64,000 nucleotides of DNA from an uncultured Spirochaetota bacterium (GTDB taxonomy: Bacteria > Spirochaetota > Spirochaetia > SZUA-6 > Fen-1364), in the NCBI GenBank assembly GCA_963745235.1, contig CAVUXE010000015.1, positions 96,001-160,000 of the forward strand. The letters are read 5' to 3'. Positions within the stretch are counted from its first letter, which is position 1. Every line of letters starts with the position of its first letter. Position numbers and translations under genes: made by a program. The notes under the pieces are model-generated. The model did no database searches. It had not been told where the DNA came from and saw only the letters and a program-made list of their open reading frames with translations. Of this stretch, positions 49,025-59,423 are shown piece by piece.

Positions 49025-50263
49025 CTATCTCGTGCCCGCGGAATCGATGATCCGGTTCAGGCTTTCCCGGTAATACGAAAACAGCGTGTAATGCACCTCC
49101 GGCGGGATGAAGTGGTCCCCAAAGGGGATATAGCCGCCGGTCTTCAGGACCTCCTGGACAGGCCGAAGGATCTCATCCACCCTGCCCTTTCCGCGGGCGA
49201 TCTCGGATTTCGGGATCCCTCCCATCATCCGCAGCGTGGGGAAGGTCTTGCGCACCTTCACAATGTCCATTCCGCAGTTCACTTCGAAGGGGTACATTCC
49301 CGTGACCCCGGCCTCCATGAACAGCGGGATGAGGCTGAAGCAGTCCCCGTCAGTATCAAGGAAGATGAGTGAGACGCCCTGGCTTTTGAAGAAATCCGTC
49401 ATGCGCTTTATATAAGGAAGAACGAACTCGCGGATCGTGGCGGGCGCGACCATGGAGCCGGATCCATAGGAGATATCCTCCCAGATCTGGACGTGATCCA
49501 CCTTCACCTCTTTCAGGACTTCCGAGTACACGGCAATCCAGAGGTTGGTGAAAGTATCCAGGATGTCATGCACGAGCTTCGGCTCCTGCAGGTAGCTCAC
49601 GAAGAGATTCTCATAGCCCATCAGGTGGGCAGGCGTTCCGAAAAATCCGTGCGGGTAGCCGCCAAGGGCAAGGGGGTAATCACGCTGGCGGTATTCACGC
49701 ACGAGCTCCGGCCAGTTGGCCGGAAAACGATTCCTGATGTCTTTCAGGGAAAGCCGCTCTTCCTTGAGCGTGTTCCAGCTTTTCCAGTCCGTGACGGGCC
49801 ATTTCGCACCGGAGGGCATGGTGGCTTCCTCCTTGAGGAGGATCCGCGTGACCCCGTCCACGTCCATGTAGACCAGCCGCTTTTCATCATCCTCATAGAC
49901 TTCCGCGTCAAACATGGGGCAGAACAGGAGGTTCACGTCCACCAGGCGCTGCGTCGCATCCATCCCGAACCGGGAGCGCACGTCGCTGTCCAGCGGGAAT
50001 CCCTGCGTGGGCCAGTACAGCCCGCCGGCCATGACAGGCATCCCCTTGGGGAGCCTCTTCCCGCGCAGGCGCGCCCATGCGCGGGTGTAAAGGTTCGCGG
50101 TCGGCGTGGTGATCTCGCACGGAATCTCTGGATATGCCAGGCGGGGCAGGCCTTCCGCGTACCACGTGTCCAGGGTTTCCCCCCAGTACCCGAACTCCCA
50201 CTTGACCGAGCGCACGTCACGGTCAAAGTCCATGACCTGCAGAAACCGCTCTCTCGTGTTCAT
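49025..50263 (-). CDS. Uroporphyrinogen decarboxylase/MtaA-family protein
   Basis: MNTRERF, LMGYENLF, IWEDISY, DTDGD, PFEVNCGMD, GGIPK, GGYIPFGDHFIPPEV. Confidence 0.88.
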   Translation of the reverse strand: MNTRERFLQVMDFDRDVRSVKWEFGYWGETLDTWYAEGLPRLAYPEIPCEITTPTANLYTRAWARLRGKRLPKGMPVMAGGLYWPTQGFPLDSDVRSRFGMDATQRLVDVNLLFCPMFDAEVYEDDEKRLVYMDVDGVTRILLKEEATMPSGAKWPVTDWKSWNTLKEERLSLKDIRNRFPANWPELVREYRQRDYPLALGGYPHGFFGTPAHLMGYENLFVSYLQEPKLVHDILDTFTNLWIAVYSEVLKEVKVDHVQIWEDISYGSGSMVAPATIREFVLPYIKRMTDFFKSQGVSLIFLDTDGDCFSLIPLFMEAGVTGMYPFEVNCGMDIVKVRKTFPTLRMMGGIPKSEIARGKGRVDEILRPVQEVLKTGGYIPFGDHFIPPEVHYTLFSYYRESLNRIIDSAGTR

Positions 50264-50278
50264 GGCATCCTCCCGCCG

Positions 50279-51052
50279 TCAGTGCGCGACGATGATCCGC
50301 GTGAGCTCTTCGGTCGTCGTGTCCTTTTTCAGCGTGTCCAGGATCTTCTTTCCATGGCTCAGCAGCGAGAACCGGTCAGCCACCTGGTAGGCGTGGTAGA
50401 TGTTGTGCGTGACAAGGACCACGGACATCCCCTCATCGCGAAGGCGCATGATGTGGTCAAGGAATGCCTGGGTCTCCCGCACCGAAAGCGCGCTGGTCGG
50501 CTCATCCAGGAGAAGCACCTTCTTCTTGAAGAACATGGCGCGGGCAATCGACACTGCCTGCTTCTGTCCTCCCGAAAGATGGCCGACTCTCTGGCCGGGA
50601 GACCTGATCCCTTCTATCGTGATCTCCTTCTCCAGCACGGACATTGCTTTTTCCTTCATGCTGCGGACTTTCATGAAGCCCAGGCGGTTGGTCTCCTCCC
50701 GGCCGCAGAAGATGTTGCGCGTGATGTCCATGACGTCGATGAGGTTCATGTCCTGGTAGATCGTCTCGATCCCGTGATCCATGGCGATCTTCGAGGTATC
50801 GAACCTGATCTGCTTCCCTTCCACCGTGATGGTCCCCTCGGTGGGCTGAAGGACTCCGGAAATGATCTTTATCAGCGTGCTCTTGCCCGCCCCGTTGTCC
50901 CCGACAAGGCCGACGATTTCCGCGGGATTGACCCAGAAGTCGACGTGATTCAGGGCCCGGATGCTTCCATAATCCTTGACGATCCCCTGCAGTGAAATGA
51001 AGGCTCCCCCGGGGGCACCCTGGCGCGGCGAGCTGATTGTGGCGTCCGACAT
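50279..51052 (-). CDS. Monosaccharide ABC transporter ATP-binding protein
   Basis: GDNGAGKST, LSGGQKQAVSIARA, LDEPTSAL. Confidence 0.95.
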   Translation of the reverse strand: MSDATISSPRQGAPGGAFISLQGIVKDYGSIRALNHVDFWVNPAEIVGLVGDNGAGKSTLIKIISGVLQPTEGTITVEGKQIRFDTSKIAMDHGIETIYQDMNLIDVMDITRNIFCGREETNRLGFMKVRSMKEKAMSVLEKEITIEGIRSPGQRVGHLSGGQKQAVSIARAMFFKKKVLLLDEPTSALSVRETQAFLDHIMRLRDEGMSVVLVTHNIYHAYQVADRFSLLSHGKKILDTLKKDTTTEELTRIIVAH

Positions 51053-51069
51053 GGCTGTCTCTCCTCCCG

Positions 51070-52053
51070 TCAATCTTTCTTCAGAAGCTGGTTCAGGATC
51101 GCGGCGAACACCACGATGACGCCGACGAACAGCTTGAGATATGCCCCAGGCGCCCTCAGGAGCAGCAGGAAATCCTGGATCGTGGACAGCAGCGCCGCCC
51201 CCAGGAATGCCCCGATCACGGAGCCCTGGCCGCCCATGAGGGCCGTCCCGCCGATCACGCTTGCGGCGATTGCCTGCAGCTCGAAGCCCTCCCCCTGGAT
51301 GGGGGACACCGATGCAACGCGCACCGTGCTCAGGATTCCGGAGAAAGCGGCAAGGGCGCCGGTAATGACGAATGCTATGATTTTCACCCGGTCAGGGTTG
51401 ATTCCCAGTGCAAGGGCCGCCATCCGGTTGCCTCCCACGGCAAAGAAGTGGTTCCCGATGCGGTGGCGCTCCAGGAGGAACCATGTCAGGACGGTGAGGC
51501 CCACCAGCCACACGAACTGGACCTGGATGGGACCGAGGTGGCTCGTGAAAATCCCCTCGAAGAGGCTGCCAGGGGCGAACCGCTCCGTGACGGACTGGGA
51601 GAGGACCAGGATCATGCCTCGCCAGAACATCATGGACCCGAGGGTGATGATGAAGGATGGGACCCGGGAGCGAACCGTGATGAAGCCGTTGAGCCAGCCG
51701 ATACCGGCCCCGACGGCAATCCCGATCAGGGCGGCGAGCCATACATTGGCCCCTGCGTTGAATACCTTGGCCATGCACAGCGCCGTGAAGGTGAATGTCG
51801 CGCCGACGGACAGGTCGAACTCCCCGGCAATCATGAGGAGGTTCACGCCCAGGGCAATGACGCCGACCTGCGGGATGTCCTTCAACAGCACCTGGATGTT
51901 CATGACGTCCAGGTACCGGAACTGTTCGGGGAAGATGAGCGCGAACACCACGGCGACGATCTGGATCGTGAAGAAAACGATGATGATATTGCCGATCTTG
52001 TGTCGTCGCAGGGCCGTGAGGCTGGCGCCGATTGATATGCTCTTTGCTGCCAT
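51070..52053 (-). CDS. Monosaccharide ABC transporter permease (RbsC-like)
   Basis: GEFDLSVG, VPSFIITLG, AVGGN, ELQAIAASVIGGTALMGGQG. Confidence 0.95.
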   Translation of the reverse strand: MAAKSISIGASLTALRRHKIGNIIIVFFTIQIVAVVFALIFPEQFRYLDVMNIQVLLKDIPQVGVIALGVNLLMIAGEFDLSVGATFTFTALCMAKVFNAGANVWLAALIGIAVGAGIGWLNGFITVRSRVPSFIITLGSMMFWRGMILVLSQSVTERFAPGSLFEGIFTSHLGPIQVQFVWLVGLTVLTWFLLERHRIGNHFFAVGGNRMAALALGINPDRVKIIAFVITGALAAFSGILSTVRVASVSPIQGEGFELQAIAASVIGGTALMGGQGSVIGAFLGAALLSTIQDFLLLLRAPGAYLKLFVGVIVVFAAILNQLLKKD

Positions 52054-52136
52054 TGGGGATTCCTCTGGATCGATTGAAGCTGCGCGGCCTCCAGGCGGGC
52101 CCCCGGCCGATGCCTGTCGGGCCGCGCGCTCCGTTA

Positions 52137-53108
52137 CTAGCGGACCGTGTCCGCGAACTTCAGAACGGCGTCCGCGTTCGTCTTGTCGATGATCGCGCCG
52201 CCCGTGTTGATGTCGCAAGGCAGCAGGCCGAATCTCTTGTTGAAGTACAGCTGCACCACTGTGAACATCCCCTGGTAGTACGGCTGCTGGTCGACGGTTG
52301 CCAGCGACTTCCCGCTCTTGATGTTGTCAATGATCGTCTTGGTGATGTCGAACCCGGCGTTGGGAATCTTCAGGCCCGCGTCCTCGATGGCCTTGGGAGC
52401 CATTTCCATGGGCATTCCGCCCATGGCAAGGACCGCCGCGGTGTTCTTGTGGCCCAGGAGGTACTGGGTCAGCTTGGTCAGAGTGTCATCAAGGGAAACT
52501 CCGCCCGTGTCCAGGACTTCTCCTGAGGCGCCTACTTCGTCCAGGGCCTTCTTCACTCCCGCGAACCTCATGGCCGCATAGACGGCCTCAGGGTGCTCGA
52601 CGGGACACACGACACGATCTCCGCTCTTGATGCCGTAGGTCTTGATCAGCCGCTTGGTGATGAGGTAGCCGGCGGTCACGAAGTCCTGCCCGATGAACGC
52701 CTGGCGCGCGGTGCCCTCTGCACCCTTGGTGCTGTCGATGTTGTAGGCAACAACGGGGATCCCGGCGTCGCGGGCCTTCTGGATGACCTTCGTGTATGCG
52801 TCGTCGAGATTGATGATGATTCCGATGCCGTCCACCTTGTTCACGATCGCGGTCTCGATGATGCTCACCTGCTTCACCGAATCATCATCCGCGTACTGGA
52901 TGTCCAGGTCCGAGCCGAGCCCGGCCGCCGCGTCCTTGGCGCCTGCCACGACCTTCTTCCAGAACGGGTTTCCGACGGTTCCGTAGATGACCATGCTGAA
53001 CTTGTACTTGGGTCCTGCTGCCTCGCCCTGCCCCTTTGCAAAAGCAAAGCCGGACAGGAAAAGGAGGACCAGCACTACTGTGATTGTCCTTCCGAGTCTC
53101 CTGCTCAT
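52137..53108 (-). CDS. Sugar ABC transporter substrate-binding protein
   Basis: Signal peptide FAFAKGQGE; NPFWKKVVAG, AGIPVVAYN, TVDQQPYYQG. Confidence 0.94.
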   Translation of the reverse strand: MSRRLGRTITVVLVLLFLSGFAFAKGQGEAAGPKYKFSMVIYGTVGNPFWKKVVAGAKDAAAGLGSDLDIQYADDDSVKQVSIIETAIVNKVDGIGIIINLDDAYTKVIQKARDAGIPVVAYNIDSTKGAEGTARQAFIGQDFVTAGYLITKRLIKTYGIKSGDRVVCPVEHPEAVYAAMRFAGVKKALDEVGASGEVLDTGGVSLDDTLTKLTQYLLGHKNTAAVLAMGGMPMEMAPKAIEDAGLKIPNAGFDITKTIIDNIKSGKSLATVDQQPYYQGMFTVVQLYFNKRFGLLPCDINTGGAIIDKTNADAVLKFADTVR

Positions 53109-53233
53109 CGATAAGCCTCCTTAGAAGATTTCCACCAGTCTTCACGCCCACAAATGGAGCCCGTCATGGTTTCGCGCGATTCTCCGTGCCCGCATCGATC
53201 TCTCACCTCCTTTCGGAGCAGGCCCGATGAAAA

Positions 53234-53254
53234 CGATTGCGCAATCGATTGCGC
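53234..53254. promoter_or_regulatory. LacI-type operator (two overlapping palindromes)
   Basis: GCGCAATCGATTGCGC (53239-53254) overlapping CGATTGCGCAATCG (53234-53247), upstream of the sugar operon. Confidence 0.8.
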
Positions 53255-53262
53255 GAAAAACA

Positions 53263-54261
53263 TTAACGAGACGCTGTCGAGTCCCGCACGACAAGGCCGG
53301 GCTTGATGACGACCTTCTCGGTCCTCGACCCATCCCCATTTTTCTGCCGAAGCAGCATATCGACAGCCTTTTCGCAGATCTCTGAAAAAGGCTGAACAAC
53401 CGTGGTAAGTGAAGGCGTGATCATTCGGGCAAGGCTAATATCGTCCATACCCATGAGCGAAACCTCGCGGGGAACGGAGGTGCCGCGTTCAAGAAGGAAC
53501 TTGAGCACCCCGACAGCCATCAGGTCATTCTGAGCCCACACCGCCGTGACGTCCGGATGCGCACTGAAGATCTCCCGGGCGCCCGCGTACCCGGACTCGA
53601 ACTTGAAGTCACCCTCAAAGGTCCACTCCGGTTCCACGCAGACGCGAAACCGCGCCAGGGCCTCGTTCAGCCCAACCAGGCGCTCGCGGCACAGGGAGAT
53701 CTTCAGGGGGCCCGTGATGCAGGCGATCTTCTTGTGCCCGGCGCTCCCGAGATGCTCCCCGGCAAGGAATCCGGCCTCGTGATTGTCCAGGACCACGCTG
53801 GCCACTTCCTCATCCTCGACAGCGCGGTCAATGACGACCACGGGGATGCCGGAGCTGTTGATGAGCCTCATGACCCTGCTTTCATCCGAAACGCGGGAAA
53901 AGATGATGCCGTCAACGTTCCTGCGGATCAGGTCGTCTATGAAGCTTTCCTCGAGGTCGGGATTGTTCTTGTGATTGCCCACGATGAGCCCGCACCCGCG
54001 CGCAACGACGCTTTCCTCTATGAACTGGATGAAGCTCGCAAAAGTGTGGTGGACGATTTCAGGCACCACGAGCCCGATCAGCTTCCCGCTTCGGCTCCGC
54101 AGCCCCTTGGCAAGCAGGTTCGGCTTGTAGTTGAGCTTCCGGATGGCGTCCTCAACCCGTTGGCGTGTCTTCTCGTCCACGGGCAATGAGCGGTTGAGAA
54201 CCCGGGACACAGTTGACTCGGAGACGCTTGCCAGGCGCGCTACGTCCTTCATGGAAGCCAT
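53263..54261 (-). CDS. LacI-family transcriptional regulator
   Basis: SMKDVARLASVSESTVSRVLN, YKPNLLAKGL, NDLMAVG, PSLTTV. Confidence 0.96.
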   Translation of the reverse strand: MASMKDVARLASVSESTVSRVLNRSLPVDEKTRQRVEDAIRKLNYKPNLLAKGLRSRSGKLIGLVVPEIVHHTFASFIQFIEESVVARGCGLIVGNHKNNPDLEESFIDDLIRRNVDGIIFSRVSDESRVMRLINSSGIPVVVIDRAVEDEEVASVVLDNHEAGFLAGEHLGSAGHKKIACITGPLKISLCRERLVGLNEALARFRVCVEPEWTFEGDFKFESGYAGAREIFSAHPDVTAVWAQNDLMAVGVLKFLLERGTSVPREVSLMGMDDISLARMITPSLTTVVQPFSEICEKAVDMLLRQKNGDGSRTEKVVIKPGLVVRDSTASR

Positions 54262-54280
54262 GGTGAGCAAAACTCCTTAT

Positions 54281-54325
54281 GAAATCGATTGCGCAAAGGA
54301 TATCATGGGTTGCGCGGCCTGTCAA
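54281..54325 (-). promoter_or_regulatory. Promoter of the LacI-family gene with autoregulatory operator
   Basis: AATCGATTGCGC at 54283-54294 matches the 53239 operator; minus-strand TTGACA at 54320-54325. Confidence 0.7.
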
Positions 54326-54353
54326 ACATTTTCTTGGCTTTACAAGGCTATCG

Positions 54354-55607
54354 CTGGAGCAGGCCCAGCAGAGCAAGAGCCGAACCCAGGTGCTGGCAGA
54401 CAAAGCCTCCGGCTGGCTGTTCTACGTGGCCCTCGCAGCGGCTGCGGCAACGGCCGTTGTCTGGACAATCTTGATCGGTTTCAATACTGAAGTGATTGCC
54501 AGGGTGGCGACAGTACTGGTCATTGCCTGTCCGCACGCGCTTGGGCTTGCAATCCCCCTGGTGGTGGCAATCACCACTGCCCTTGGCGCCCGCAACGGAA
54601 TCATGGTGCGGGACCGGCTGGCAATGGAAACGGCTCGCGACATCGATACAGTCGTCTTCGACAAGACTGGCACCTTGACACAAGGAGAGTTCGCGGTGGC
54701 AGAGGCCGCCACGGCCGATGGCTGGAAGGAGGATGCCGCCCTTGCGCTGGCGGCTGCGCTGGAGGGGGACTCCGAGCACACCATCGCTCGGGGCGTTCGC
54801 CGCAGCGCTGAAGAACGGCATTTGATCCTGCCTGAGGTGCGCGAGTTCGAGGCGTTGAAAGGGAGGGGGGTGCGCGCCCGCTGGGAAGGTAAAACAGTGT
54901 ACCTGGGCGGTCCACGACTGCTGGAGAGCCTGAAGCTGGCACTGCCCGAGCCTTTGGCGCGATTTGAGCGGGAGGCAAGTGCAAAGGGCTGGAGCGTTGT
55001 CAATCTTGTGGTGGACAACAGCCCGGTGGCCAGCCTTGCCCTGAGTGATGTCATCAGGCCGGAAAGCCGCGAAGCCGTCCAGCGACTTCACGCGATGGGG
55101 GTGCAGGTGGCCATGCTGACCGGCGACAGTAAGGCCGTGGCCAGGACCGTGGCTCAGGAGCTAGGCATCGACACGTATTTCTCCGAGGTGCTGCCTGAGC
55201 ACAAGGACCGGCAGGTGGCCGAGTTGCAGCGGCAGGGCTGGCGGGTGGCCATGGTCGGAGACGGGGTCAACGACGCGCCCGCCCTCACGCGGGCCGATGT
55301 GGGGATTGCCATCGGAAGCGGCACCGATGTGGCGGTGGAGTCGGCCGGCATCATCCTGGTGAAGAGCAACCCCCTGGATGTGGTCAAGATCATCGCTCTC
55401 AGCCGGGCGAGCTATCGCAAGATGATTCAGAACCTGCTCTGGGCCGCGGGCTACAACGTGGTCGCGCTGCCGCTTGCGGCTGGCGTCCTGGCACGCTGGG
55501 GTATTCTGCTCTCGCCGGCGGTCGGCGCGGTGCTCATGTCGGTCAGCACCATCATCGTCGCTGTCAACGCCCAGTTGCTGAGGAGGACACGGCTGGCCGC
55601 AAGCTGA
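54354..55607 (+). pseudogene. 5'-truncated P1B-type copper ATPase (CopB-like)
   Basis: [45 protein letters not shown] present; N-terminal helices and TGE actuator domain missing; homology starts abruptly at EQAQQSKS. Confidence 0.85.
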
Positions 55608-57758
55608 GCAATCGGGGCGCGGCGCGATTCTTTCTGCCAAAAGCTTCGGGCCATAGTTGGGAAGGCGTTCGAGCGCTGCCGCAAAACTCCGTGGTCATTG
55701 GGACTGGATAGTCAATACGCTCCAGACGGGTGCCGCCTGGTAGCTCGCGACACTTCCCGCGGGAACATAGACCTTGAGGGACCCGCTGACCGAATAGAAC
55801 GTGTTGGCTCCCACCGTTGGCGGCGTCGCGGGATTGGCGGTTAAGGTGGTCAGTGCACTGCACACCCGAAACGCGAAGTCCCCGATAGTCGTCACCCCCG
55901 CGGGAATGGTCAGGCTCGTCAGACTGGCGCAGCTATCGAATGCGGAGGCGCCGATGGACGTCACCGTGCCGGGGATCGAGAAACCCGTCAGGCCACCACA
56001 GAATCTGAACGCAGAGGCACCGATGGTTTTGACATTGCCCAGCAGGGTTACGCTGGTCAAGCGGCTGCAACCCCAGAAGGTCTCATCCGCAACCATCGTG
56101 ACGCCGCTGGGTATCGTCAGGCTCACAAGTCCCGCGCACCCATTGAACGCGTCGCTCCCGATCGAGGTCACGCCTGCCGCTAACGTCAGCGAGGTGAGGC
56201 CCGCGCATCCTCGGAACGCGAAGGTGCCGATTGTCGTCACGCCACTGGGAATTGTCAGGCTGGTCAAGCTCTGGCACCTGTCGAAAGAGCTCTGCCCGAT
56301 GGTGGTGATGTACCTGGGCAGCGTCAGGCTCGTCAAGGCGCTGCAGCTCAAGAACATGTAGTTGCCGATCGAGGTGACGCCATCCGGGATGCTCAGGCTC
56401 GTGAGCTGCGTGCAACCGAAGAAGGCGTAATCTCCGATCGACGTTACCCCGCTGGGGATTGTCAGATTTTTCAGGCCTGCGCACCCGTTGAACACCATGT
56501 AACCGATAGTCTTGAGATTGGAGGGAAGTGTCAGGCTCGTCAAAGACAGGGATTGGAAGGCGTAGTCCCCGATGGAGGTGACGTTATCGGGAATTGTCAG
56601 GCTCGTCAGCTTGCTGCACCCGAAGAAAGCCCACTTCCCGACGGACATCACACTGTTGCCCTGGAAGGATATGCTGGTCAGGCCGCTGCAATCGTAGAAC
56701 TCGTTGTCTCCGATCGAGGTCACCCCGGAAGGAATGGCAATTGTCGTGAGTGCGGAGCAGTAACCGAAGGATTGTTTGCCAAGGGTGGTCAGTGAGCTGG
56801 GAAGGGTCAGGTTCGTGAGCTTTGTACAGGCGTAGAACGCGTTGTCTCCGACGGAGGTCGCCGTGCTCGGAAGGGACACCGCCGTCAGACCTGAGCAGTT
56901 GTAGAAAAGACCGTTGGAAATCGCTGCGACCCCCGCGGGAATCGTAAGGCTCGTCAGGCCGCTGCACCCGTTGAAAGCGTACTGACCGATGGTTGTGACA
57001 CCGCTCGGCATCGGCAAACCCGTCAGCGCCGTGCAGCCGTCGAATGCGTGATCGCCAATGGATGTTACCGTGGTCGGAATGGTGAGGCCGGTCAGCTTGA
57101 TACAGCCGGCGAACGCGTACTGACCAACGCTCAGCGTGCTGTTCGCGAGGACCGGGCTGTCAGGCTCGAGCAGTTGTGGAACAGGTAGTTGGCCACCGCG
57201 GTGACTCCGCTGGGGAGAGTCAGGCCCGTCAGCGCCGTGCAGCCGTCGAATGCGTGGTCGCCGATGGAGGTCACGGTGGTCGCAATGGTGAGGCCGGTCA
57301 GCTTTGTGCATCCGGTGAACGCATATTGACCAACGCTGAGCGTGCCGCTGGCGAGAACTGGGCTCGTCAGGCTGGTGCAGTTATTGAACAGGTAGTTGGC
57401 CACCGCGGTGACTCCGATGGGGAGAGTCAGGCCCGTCAGCGCCGTGCAGCTATCGAACGCGTGATCACCAATGGATGTCACTGTGGTCGCAATGGTGAGG
57501 CCGGTCAGCTTGGTGCACCCGGTGAACGAGTACTGTCCGATACTAAGCGTGCCGCTGGCGAGAACTGGGCTCGTCAGGCTGGTGCAGTTATTGAACAGGT
57601 AGTTGGCCACCGCGGTGACTCCGCTGGGGAGAGTCAGGCCCGTCAGCGCCGTGCAGCTATCGAACGCGTGATCACCAATAGATGTCACTGTGGTCGGAAT
57701 GGTGAGGCCGGTCGACCCGCTGCAGCCATAGAAAGCACTCTGTCCGATGGACACGACG

Positions 57759-59345
57759 CTAGGAGTCTGTAGATCGTAGGAACGGCGAGTATCGCGGGCT
57801 TGTTGCGAGGCCGGCGTTGAAGTGCTGGTTGGTCCCTTTTGTAGAGGCCCCTCCGAGCCCCACCGTCAGGCGGCTACTGCGAGCGAGCGCCGTTTCCTTG
57901 TATCGGTGCAGCTTGAGCATGTTGTGAGCGGTGCACACCATCGCCCACTCGTCTCTGGCTTTCGAAAGCCCGCGTAGAAGGAAGCGGCGAAACCCCCGTG
58001 CCTCGCGAATCTGGCCAAAGGTTGGCTCTACGATCGCCTTGCGCCGACGATACAGTGCGCGGCCCTCTTCGCTGTCGAGCTTGGCCCTCATGCGTTGGGC
58101 GCTCTGCTGGGCCTGCTTCCCTGCGCTCACACCTTTTCCTCGACCATGTTCGCGGCCGATGGCAATCAGGGCCTCAAAGCCCTGGTCTTCGCAGTAGCGC
58201 ACGTTCTCAGGAGTGAAGTAGCCCGCATCAGCGGTGCCAACCTCGGGCAGTTCCCCGCTGGTGGCCTTCACTCGTTCGATCATCGCAATCAGGTGCGGCT
58301 GGTCAGCGGCCTGATTGGTCAGGGCCTGCGCCACGATGACCTGGTAGTCCCCGTCAACGGCGATCTGCGCGTTGTAGCCCTGCAGGAATCCCCCGTCGCG
58401 CTTCATGATGCGGCTGTCGGGGTCGGTGAAGTTACGTTGTGCCTTGGGCGCCGGACGTCCCTCCGGGGTCGTGCTCACCCGAGGCATCGGCAACGGAGAT
58501 TCTTCTTCCGAGCTGTCCCGTGGCTGAGGATCCAACTCCTGCGCCTGCCTGCGCGACTTTTCAGCCCGGGCGCCGGCCCGCCGCCGCTCCGCTGGATCCT
58601 CCTTCTCATCATCAGCCTTCTTCTGCTGCCCTTCGGCCAACTCGCGAAGCTGCGCTGCTCGTGATTCTGCCGCTTCACGCTCCAGTTCCGCCTTGGCTTC
58701 CCGTATCCGTGCCAGGCGTTGATGGCGACGCTTCAATTCCTGCGGTAGGTCTTCCGCTCCATCGCCACTGCCCCACCGATTGTCCTCTTCCCGATCAACT
58801 TCTTCCGCGCGCCGCAGCAGCTTCTCCACTTCTTCTTCGATCTTCTTCTCTTCTTCCTGCATGCGCGCATAGCTCATCGCCCGGTGTTTGCTGGCGTTCG
58901 CCGCTACCTTCGACCCGTCAAAGGACACATGGCCCAGCCGCACCAAGCCCGCTTTCCGACACAGTTTGAAGACCTGCACAAACAGACCGGCCAACGCTTG
59001 GCGGTGCTCCAGTCGAAACCCGTTCACCGTCGTGAAGTGCGGGCTCGATTCCCCACTGATCACCCGCATCGCCACGTCCTCGCGCGTCCCGCGTGCGATC
59101 TTCCGCGAGGAGTACACCCCCACGCAGTAGGCGTACAGAAGCAGCGATACCATCATCTGTGGATCGTAGGGGCGTTCTCCTCGTGGTTCTCGCTCCTGAA
59201 GCCGACTCTCTATCGCGTTCAGATCCAGCTCCCCTACTGTCTCCAGAACGAAGTAAGCCAAGTGGTCCTCAGGTAACCACTCCGTCGGTGAGGGAGGAAG
59301 CAGGTAGGGTTGTGTTGGGTTCCACGGCCGGTAGGATTTTCCCAT
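57759..59345 (-). CDS. IS1182-family transposase
   Basis: LLPPSPTEWLPEDHLAYF, YDPQMMVSLLLYAY..SSRKI, DGSKVAANASK, NFTDPDSRIMK, ADAGY, RRKAIVEPTFGQI. Confidence 0.95.
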   Translation of the reverse strand: MGKSYRPWNPTQPYLLPPSPTEWLPEDHLAYFVLETVGELDLNAIESRLQEREPRGERPYDPQMMVSLLLYAYCVGVYSSRKIARGTREDVAMRVISGESSPHFTTVNGFRLEHRQALAGLFVQVFKLCRKAGLVRLGHVSFDGSKVAANASKHRAMSYARMQEEEKKIEEEVEKLLRRAEEVDREEDNRWGSGDGAEDLPQELKRRHQRLARIREAKAELEREAAESRAAQLRELAEGQQKKADDEKEDPAERRRAGARAEKSRRQAQELDPQPRDSSEEESPLPMPRVSTTPEGRPAPKAQRNFTDPDSRIMKRDGGFLQGYNAQIAVDGDYQVIVAQALTNQAADQPHLIAMIERVKATSGELPEVGTADAGYFTPENVRYCEDQGFEALIAIGREHGRGKGVSAGKQAQQSAQRMRAKLDSEEGRALYRRRKAIVEPTFGQIREARGFRRFLLRGLSKARDEWAMVCTAHNMLKLHRYKETALARSSRLTVGLGGASTKGTNQHFNAGLATSPRYSPFLRSTDS

Positions 59346-59423
59346 GCGGCATTCCATCATATCCACCGGCATCCTGTCGACGCCTCGCTCGCACGGGGCG
59401 CCCTATGCGCTACAGACTCCTAG
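57759..59423 (-). mobile_element. IS1182-family insertion sequence
   Basis: Terminal IR GGAGTCTGTAG-n4-TAGG at 57762-57780 and 59402-59420; CTAG at both junctions (57759-57762, 59420-59423). Confidence 0.9.

Noticed and set aside
49025-50263. hemE (haem biosynthesis) assignment
   Set aside because: It lacks the N-terminal MRQAGR motif and sits in a sugar operon; only the fold family is supportable.
55800-57720. Regularly spaced DNA repeats suggestive of a CRISPR array
   Set aside because: They are 69-bp coding LRR units with no unique spacers, and no cas genes are present.
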